Source of the DNA: Patescibacteria group bacterium | GTDB taxonomy: Bacteria; Patescibacteriota; Minisyncoccia; Phycocordibacterales; PALSA-1337 | NCBI GenBank assembly: GCA_018971685.1 | Contig: JAGXAG010000006.1 | Span: forward strand, 62 to 64,061 | Direction of reading: 5' to 3' | DNA: 64,000 bases | Shown: piece after piece, positions 58,745 through 64,000 of the stretch | Layout: the number at the start of each line of letters is the position of its first letter | Position numbering within the stretch: the first letter of the stretch is position 1 | The notes under the pieces: generated by a model | What the model was told of the DNA's origin: nothing | What the model saw: only the letters and a program-made list of their open reading frames with translations | Databases searched by the model: none | Made by a program: the position numbers and the translations under genes

Positions 58745-59467
58745 TCACGGCCGGCCATGTTTCTGCGCCAGGAAATACGCGCTCGGGCCGAACCATATGC
58801 CGGCAAACGGCGCTTGGACCAGCTTCTCCAAAAAGAGCAGGAATGAAATCGGCATAACCCTTTTCAAGAATAACCATCGGAAATTGGACACGCTCTTTTT
58901 TGCCAGGATATTAAATCCCACAGTGGTCAGCATGAGCGATATTTCATCCGGAATATGATTGATGAAGGCATTGTCAGGAACTATGGCAGTATCTATCGGC
59001 CTTTTGCGCCCGAACAGTTCGCGGAATTTGTTCTTGAAATGTTTCTTATTCGGTATCTCCAATATGAGATAGCAACCGGGCTTCAACACCCGATATATCT
59101 CTTTTATGGCTCGATCCGGCTCTTCGATGTAATGGAATACTCGCACGCACACGACCGTATCGAAATTTTTGTCCGGAAACGGCATGTCTTCCGCGATCCC
59201 GATCTCAAAATCCGCATCAGTCCCGCCATTCAATGTTTTCTTTGCGTGCCCCAATTGTTCTTTTGACGGATCGACGACTGTTATCTTGTCGGCGCGAGAC
59301 ATATACAATCCGATCATTCTACCGGTCCCTCCGCCTATGTCGGCCACTGCGCCGAGCTGGCCGGGAATCCGCGACAAAAGATCAGACACGGCTATTTTAT
59401 CCGCCATATTTTCGTATTCACGCCCATTCCAGAACGCAGCGTAATCATATCCGTCGTATGAGACCAT
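58745..59467 (-). CDS. Class I SAM methyltransferase
   Basis: DIGGGTG, MPFPD..FD, RVLKPG. Confidence 0.9.
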   Translation of the reverse strand: MVSYDGYDYAAFWNGREYENMADKIAVSDLLSRIPGQLGAVADIGGGTGRMIGLYMSRADKITVVDPSKEQLGHAKKTLNGGTDADFEIGIAEDMPFPDKNFDTVVCVRVFHYIEEPDRAIKEIYRVLKPGCYLILEIPNKKHFKNKFRELFGRKRPIDTAIVPDNAFINHIPDEISLMLTTVGFNILAKKSVSNFRWLFLKRVMPISFLLFLEKLVQAPFAGIWFGPSAYFLAQKHGRP

Positions 59468-59478
59468 CGAAATTATAG

Positions 59479-60054
59479 TTATGCTGACTTTTTATCTCGC
59501 CTGTATTTGAAAGCCAGGAAAAACATGGCCAGAAATATCGGCTCGCCCAAAGCGACCGGCAAAACCGCTCCGGGGTTTAAATTTTGTTTCGGCGCCACAT
59601 GAAAATATGTAATGGCGCTGCCTATGGGCTTGTCGTAATCTTTGACGACGGCCAGGATTGACAATGCGTAATCTCCCGAAGTCACGAAATGAATTTTCCA
59701 ATCAAGAGGCAGGGTGGCCGCGCCGCCGATGGTTCCGACGAACAGCCCTTTTTCAACGCTCCAATCCTCCAAATCAACAGGCATATGAGTTTTTGTGTCC
59801 ACCAGGGACAAATACGCGGTCACATCGGTTATCGGCTTGGATGCGGCGTTCTTTATGTCACCGTGCACTTCAACAAAATCGCCGGCCGTTCCGCTAAGTG
59901 TTCTTGAAGAAGAGATTTCCAAAATAATCGGCGGCATGGCGGGATCGCCGGCCGCGGTTTGGGCGGAGGAAATATTCGGCGCAAAAACGGCGAAACTTAT
60001 TACCGCGGCCGAGATTGTGAAAAAATATTTTGTTTTCAGTAATTTATCTTTCAT
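59479..60054 (-). CDS. Secreted/anchored Ig-like hypothetical protein
   Basis: Signal peptide, beta-rich domain, C-terminal TM helix. Confidence 0.75.
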   Translation of the reverse strand: MKDKLLKTKYFFTISAAVISFAVFAPNISSAQTAAGDPAMPPIILEISSSRTLSGTAGDFVEVHGDIKNAASKPITDVTAYLSLVDTKTHMPVDLEDWSVEKGLFVGTIGGAATLPLDWKIHFVTSGDYALSILAVVKDYDKPIGSAITYFHVAPKQNLNPGAVLPVALGEPIFLAMFFLAFKYRRDKKSA

Positions 60055-60058
60055 TTTT

Positions 60059-60826
60059 TTATTCTTTTATCACCCCGCGCTTTTCAAATATCCTGACCGA
60101 CACGAATAAAAAAACGCCGGCTGCGGCCGAAAAACCGAGAATGGACAGCAAATACGGCCAGTTAGCGGACAACGAGGCGTGATAATCAACCAAGACATTA
60201 TCCAGAGAGGCAAAAGCGGCATCAAGCGGATTTATGGCCGTTATGACGCTCGCGACAATGCCGGTTTTAAGGGTGGCCGCGAACAAAGCCGGAATGCCCG
60301 CCGCCAAAAAAAGAACAAGCGAGGTGGTCAGAGTATTCTTGAAAGAGCGGTATAAAAATGACAATCCGAAAACCAAAACCGTGAATCCGGCGATAAGCAA
60401 AGTCCCGTAAAGCGCCGCGTAAGCCAGAAACACCGCCGACAGGTTGCTTCCGGCGGAGGAAACGAGCACATACGGCACGGCCACGGCATACATAAGAGCC
60501 CAAACGGACATAACGGTTAAAAATTTCCCCAGGATAAAATCGCGGACCGGCAAAGGCGACAAAAACAAGTCTTCAATCGTTTCTTGTTCAAATTCCGTCG
60601 TGATAAGCGACGAAGCGTCTATGATCGCCACGAGAAGGGACGCGCCGATGATTATTTTTCCTAAGAGCCAGAGCATTTCGGTCTGATCAAGCAAGCTCAA
60701 TTCTTTGTTCGTCAAAAGCAAATAGCAAGTGACACTGTAAATAAGAGCTGTCAAAAGGAGCCACAGGGCGCTTTTCCAGGTGTAGATTTCGGCGAGAATG
60801 TCTTTTTTCCAAATGAGTTTGTGCAT
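60059..60826 (-). CDS. ABC-2 type permease
   Basis: EFEQETIE.LFLSPL....ILGK. Confidence 0.88.
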   Translation of the reverse strand: MHKLIWKKDILAEIYTWKSALWLLLTALIYSVTCYLLLTNKELSLLDQTEMLWLLGKIIIGASLLVAIIDASSLITTEFEQETIEDLFLSPLPVRDFILGKFLTVMSVWALMYAVAVPYVLVSSAGSNLSAVFLAYAALYGTLLIAGFTVLVFGLSFLYRSFKNTLTTSLVLFLAAGIPALFAATLKTGIVASVITAINPLDAAFASLDNVLVDYHASLSANWPYLLSILGFSAAAGVFLFVSVRIFEKRGVIKE

Positions 60827-60831
60827 AATGA

Positions 60832-61551
60832 TTATTTGGTTAAGGCGAGGAAAATATCACGCAGGTCTTCTTTTTTTGTTTGTCGTCTCAAATCTTCAAG
60901 CGTGCCGTCGGCAACGAGCGCGCCGTCCGCGATGACGGCCATTCTATTGCACAAGCGGGAAACTTCGTGCAGAAGGTGGGATGAATAAAAAATGGTCATG
61001 CCTTTGTCATTCATCTTTTTCAACAGCCGCTGGATATCTTCCTGGCCCTGCGGATCCAGGCCCAGTGTCGGCTCGTCCAAAAAAAGGATTTCGGGATCAT
61101 TGGCGATGGCCCGGGCAAGCTTCAATCTCTGTTTCATTCCCCTGGAATATGACAAGACCGGCGAATCGGCGCGATCAGCCAATCCGACCGCCGCGAGCAA
61201 TTCATCAATCCTGCCATTCAAATTTTTTACGCCGTAAAGCGAAACAAAAAAACGGAGAAACTCCCGGCCGGTCATCCATTCGTAAAGCCCCTTGCTTTCG
61301 GAAAGGACGCCGATTTTATCCGAGCGGTGCGATTTTTCCGAAACCGGTTTTCCGGATATTTCAATCTCGCCCGTATCCGGTTTCAAAATTCCGGTCATAA
61401 GGCGGATGGTCGTCGTCTTGCCGGCGCCGTTCGGCCCCAAAAATCCGAAAAATTCGCCTTTGGCAACCGACAAGTTCAAATCACGGACAGCCTGCCTGCC
61501 GCCGTATGACTTATTCACTCCGTTCATCTTGATAATCTCGTTTGATTGCAT
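60832..61551 (-). CDS. ABC transporter ATPase
   Basis: GPNGAGKTT, YSRGMKQR, LDEPTLGLD. Confidence 0.95.
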   Translation of the reverse strand: MQSNEIIKMNGVNKSYGGRQAVRDLNLSVAKGEFFGFLGPNGAGKTTTIRLMTGILKPDTGEIEISGKPVSEKSHRSDKIGVLSESKGLYEWMTGREFLRFFVSLYGVKNLNGRIDELLAAVGLADRADSPVLSYSRGMKQRLKLARAIANDPEILFLDEPTLGLDPQGQEDIQRLLKKMNDKGMTIFYSSHLLHEVSRLCNRMAVIADGALVADGTLEDLRRQTKKEDLRDIFLALTK

Positions 61552-61569
61552 GTTATTTCCGGAAAAAAA

Positions 61570-61755
61570 CTAGCGCGGCCTGTTCGGCTCGGTCCAGAAT
61601 AAATTGATAAGCAGGCTTGAAACGCCGATTACAACCAGAAACCAGCCGGTGAAAAAATTGACGGTGATTTGCGAATCCGGCACATCGTAAATAAATTCCA
61701 GATACCATCCGAAACAGAGGACGGCGATCGATATGGCGTAAAAAATGTATCTCAT
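61570..61755 (-). CDS. Small two-TM protein
   Basis: 61 aa, within the operon. Confidence 0.6.
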   Translation of the reverse strand: MRYIFYAISIAVLCFGWYLEFIYDVPDSQITVNFFTGWFLVVIGVSSLLINLFWTEPNRPR

Positions 61756-61776
61756 AATGATTTGATATGATTCGCG

Positions 61777-62448
61777 TTACTGATCCCAATGAAAACTGCC
61801 GACGACGGCGTCGAAGACTTTCGCCGCCCGCTGCCAGTCTGTTTCGGACGCGGACAAGTCTATGAGCGCGGCGTGGTCTTGCCCGGTCACATACACCCGT
61901 TCGTGTTCCAGGCTCTGCCCGCCGGCGGATGTTTTGTAAATTTTATAGACAAGCTTGTAAGAGAGGTTGCCGTTCACTTTGGCCGAACCGTAACTCACGC
62001 GCGCATATCCGGGAAGTTTTTTCAGGGCCGGCTCTTCCTGGCTCAATATGAACAGTTCCGGCGTGCTGTTGTCCGGAATATCTATTAGCCCAATGGTTCC
62101 CGATCCGCCGGAATAGGAAACAGCGTATTTCCCCGGAGCGATTGAGCCGGCATGCCAATCGGCCGGAATGGAAATGCGGTAATGATTCTGGGCCATATCC
62201 CGGTTGCGGAATTCTTGGACCAGCGCCGCATTTCCAAACGGGCTCGAAGTCGCCGCGGCCGCCGAAGTTGATGCTGACGCCGTAGAGACCGTCCCGCCGG
62301 CCGCGCCACTTGTGATAATCGGTTTTGCCGAAGCCGGATTGATGGATAATGCCGTCCGCAAGCCGGCAAGCGGACCGAATGAGTAGAGATAAACGGCCGC
62401 CAGGGCGACGATGGTCAGTCCGAAAATGGCTATTATCTTTTTATTCAT
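61777..62448 (-). CDS. Exported PsbP/Mog1-like protein
   Basis: N-terminal TM helix, YRISIPADW, FDAVVGSF. Confidence 0.65.
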   Translation of the reverse strand: MNKKIIAIFGLTIVALAAVYLYSFGPLAGLRTALSINPASAKPIITSGAAGGTVSTASASTSAAAATSSPFGNAALVQEFRNRDMAQNHYRISIPADWHAGSIAPGKYAVSYSGGSGTIGLIDIPDNSTPELFILSQEEPALKKLPGYARVSYGSAKVNGNLSYKLVYKIYKTSAGGQSLEHERVYVTGQDHAALIDLSASETDWQRAAKVFDAVVGSFHWDQ

Positions 62449-62454
62449 AGCCGT

Positions 62455-62487
62455 ATGATAAATCGGCTATTGTAAAGATTTTGTAAA
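62455..62487 (-). promoter_or_regulatory. OmpR/PhoB-type direct repeat plus -10 box
   Basis: TTTACA-5 nt-TTTACA-10 nt-TATCAT. Confidence 0.6.
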
Positions 62488-62529
62488 CAGCATCGCGCGA
62501 ATAATTTATCATCAGTATAAAAAACCGCG

Positions 62530-62562
62530 AAAAACGGCCGGCGATTATGGCCGGCCGTTTTT
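62530..62562. terminator. Bidirectional terminator
   Basis: AAAAACGGCCGGC..GCCGGCCGTTTTT. Confidence 0.7.
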
Positions 62563-62602
62563 CAATCATAGATAATATATTTAGCTTATAATGATTCAGT
62601 CT

Positions 62603-62977
62603 TTATTCCGCGCCGTTGAACTGATGGTCAGAGTTGCCGGTTGTCGTCGCGGTTTCATCCTGATGTCCGCCCGGACCATCTTTTTCCGCGCCGGTTTTTT
62701 CGGTATCCGCTCCGGCGCCGTCGGGAACTTCTTTGCCGTTTTCCGCCGAAACCGATCCGCCGGCCGGAGCGGTAACCGTTCCGCCGGATATATTATCGGG
62801 CTTATCGGCGGCATCGTTTTGAACCCCGCTTGAAACATCCTGTTTGATGACAGCCGGATTGGCCGTGCCGGATTGGCCGGCGGCGCTCGCTTGCAGAGCG
62901 ATTGAACCGGCGGCGCCGAATAAAACGGCGACGGCAAGAGCTCCGGACGCGATAATGGTATTTTTATTCCATTTCAT
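62603..62977 (-). CDS. Secreted low-complexity acidic protein
   Basis: MKWNKN plus signal peptide; DGPGGHQD...DHQFNG.E. Confidence 0.75.
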   Translation of the reverse strand: MKWNKNTIIASGALAVAVLFGAAGSIALQASAAGQSGTANPAVIKQDVSSGVQNDAADKPDNISGGTVTAPAGGSVSAENGKEVPDGAGADTEKTGAEKDGPGGHQDETATTTGNSDHQFNGAE

Positions 62978-63085
62978 ATTTTTTTTCAAATTAAAATAAT
63001 AATTAAGACTGCCCGACCGGCATTTCAGGAAGACGCGACCGGCGAACACCGCGCGCCGACACCCGAAACGCCCCGTCTCGCCTTA

Positions 63086-63118
63086 AATATAAAATATGGC
63101 GGGTAAAAAGCCTGTAAA
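63086..63118 (-). promoter_or_regulatory. OmpR/PhoB-type direct repeat plus -10 box
   Basis: TTTACA-5 nt-TTTACC-10 nt-TATATT. Confidence 0.55.
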
Positions 63119-63123
63119 GGATT

Positions 63124-64000
63124 TCAGTTTGAACTTAGCGGGATCTTGATCGCCACCGTCGTGCCGGCGCCAGGCTCGGAATTTACGGATGCCGTGCCGC
63201 CGTGTTCAACGGCGATTTGTCTGACAATGGAAAGGCCGAGGCCGGCGCCGCGAGAGCCGGCGCTCTTGTAAAATCTGTCGAAAACATACGGCAAGTCTTT
63301 TTCGGCGATGCCGGAACCGGTGTCGGCAATCGATATTTTCACCGCGCGCCCGTCTTTTTCGGCTTTCAATGTTATCATCCCGCCGGCCGCCGTATGATCC
63401 AAAGAATTCTGGATGAGATTGAAAATAACTCTTTCAATCTCAGCTTCACGGCAAAGAATCGGCGCCGGAAAATCTCCGGCTTTGATTTCCAAGCCAAAAT
63501 TGATATCCCGGCTTTCCGCCAGCCCTTTCATTTTTTCACCGGCCTTTCGGACAATCGCCGCGGCGTCGATTTTTGCCTTGGTCTCTTTTTCGATCGCGCC
63601 GGAACGGGCCACGGCGAGCAAACTGCCGGCAAGATCCGACAGCCGGTCTATTTCTTCAATGTTGCTCTCAAGCGTCCGGCGAACGCTTTCTTTGTCGGTA
63701 ACCGGCCGGCGCAGCAATATCTCCGCGTCGCTCCGCATCACCGCGAGCGGCGTCCGCAATTCATGAGAAGCGTTTTCGGCGAAAGATTTCTGGTCGTCAA
63801 GAACTTTCCGTATCGGCTTCAGGGTGTAGCCGGCCAATATGTAGCTCAGAAATCCGGAGACGATGAATATGACCGAATCCAGAGCGATGATATCGTTTTT
63901 TATGAATGACAGAGTATGATCGGTAAATTCGGTTTGCGACTGCTCGTCGGTAAAATTTCCGTCAGTCGTGTCTTTGATATCGGACTGGATGGATAAATAC
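63124..64000 (-). CDS. Sensor histidine kinase (OmpR-partner type); 5' end outside the window
   Basis: F..NASHELRTP, NL.QNS, DTGSGI, FDRFY, GLGL. Confidence 0.92.
   Translation of the reverse strand, partial: YLSIQSDIKDTTDGNFTDEQSQTEFTDHTLSFIKNDIIALDSVIFIVSGFLSYILAGYTLKPIRKVLDDQKSFAENASHELRTPLAVMRSDAEILLRRPVTDKESVRRTLESNIEEIDRLSDLAGSLLAVARSGAIEKETKAKIDAAAIVRKAGEKMKGLAESRDINFGLEIKAGDFPAPILCREAEIERVIFNLIQNSLDHTAAGGMITLKAEKDGRAVKISIADTGSGIAEKDLPYVFDRFYKSAGSRGAGLGLSIVRQIAVEHGGTASVNSEPGAGTTVAIKIPLSSN

Noticed and set aside
1-64000. Alternative genetic code 25
   Set aside because: Many conserved genes (gatA, pyrG, nrdJ, murJ) end properly at TGA and have no internal TGA.

Overview
Chromosomal segment that most likely comes from a Patescibacteria/CPR (Parcubacteria-like) genome. 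This is inferred from gene content: a pilT-pilC-multi-pilin-pilD cluster, class II RNR, a short RF2, HisKA_7TM-type kinases and tRNA-overlapping ORFs. TGA is used as a stop codon. Housekeeping content includes ligA, gatC/gatA, prfB, ftsE/ftsX, pyrG, nrdJ, rnpB, murJ, lepA, tsaD and 11 tRNAs. Three things stand out. (1) An island between tRNA-Gln and tRNA-Ser holds a cassette-like array: a strong promoter, then five unrelated short ORFs separated by four copies of a conserved, covarying double-hairpin plus boxA-like element, then a terminator (34.2-37.2 kb). (2) Several families of long palindromic elements are inserted in frame in conserved genes (ligA twice, pyrG, lepA, possibly prfB), and one family also has a free intergenic copy. 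(3) AT-rich swapped blocks lie in the kinase and pilin loci. All family assignments come from motif recognition by eye; no searches were run.
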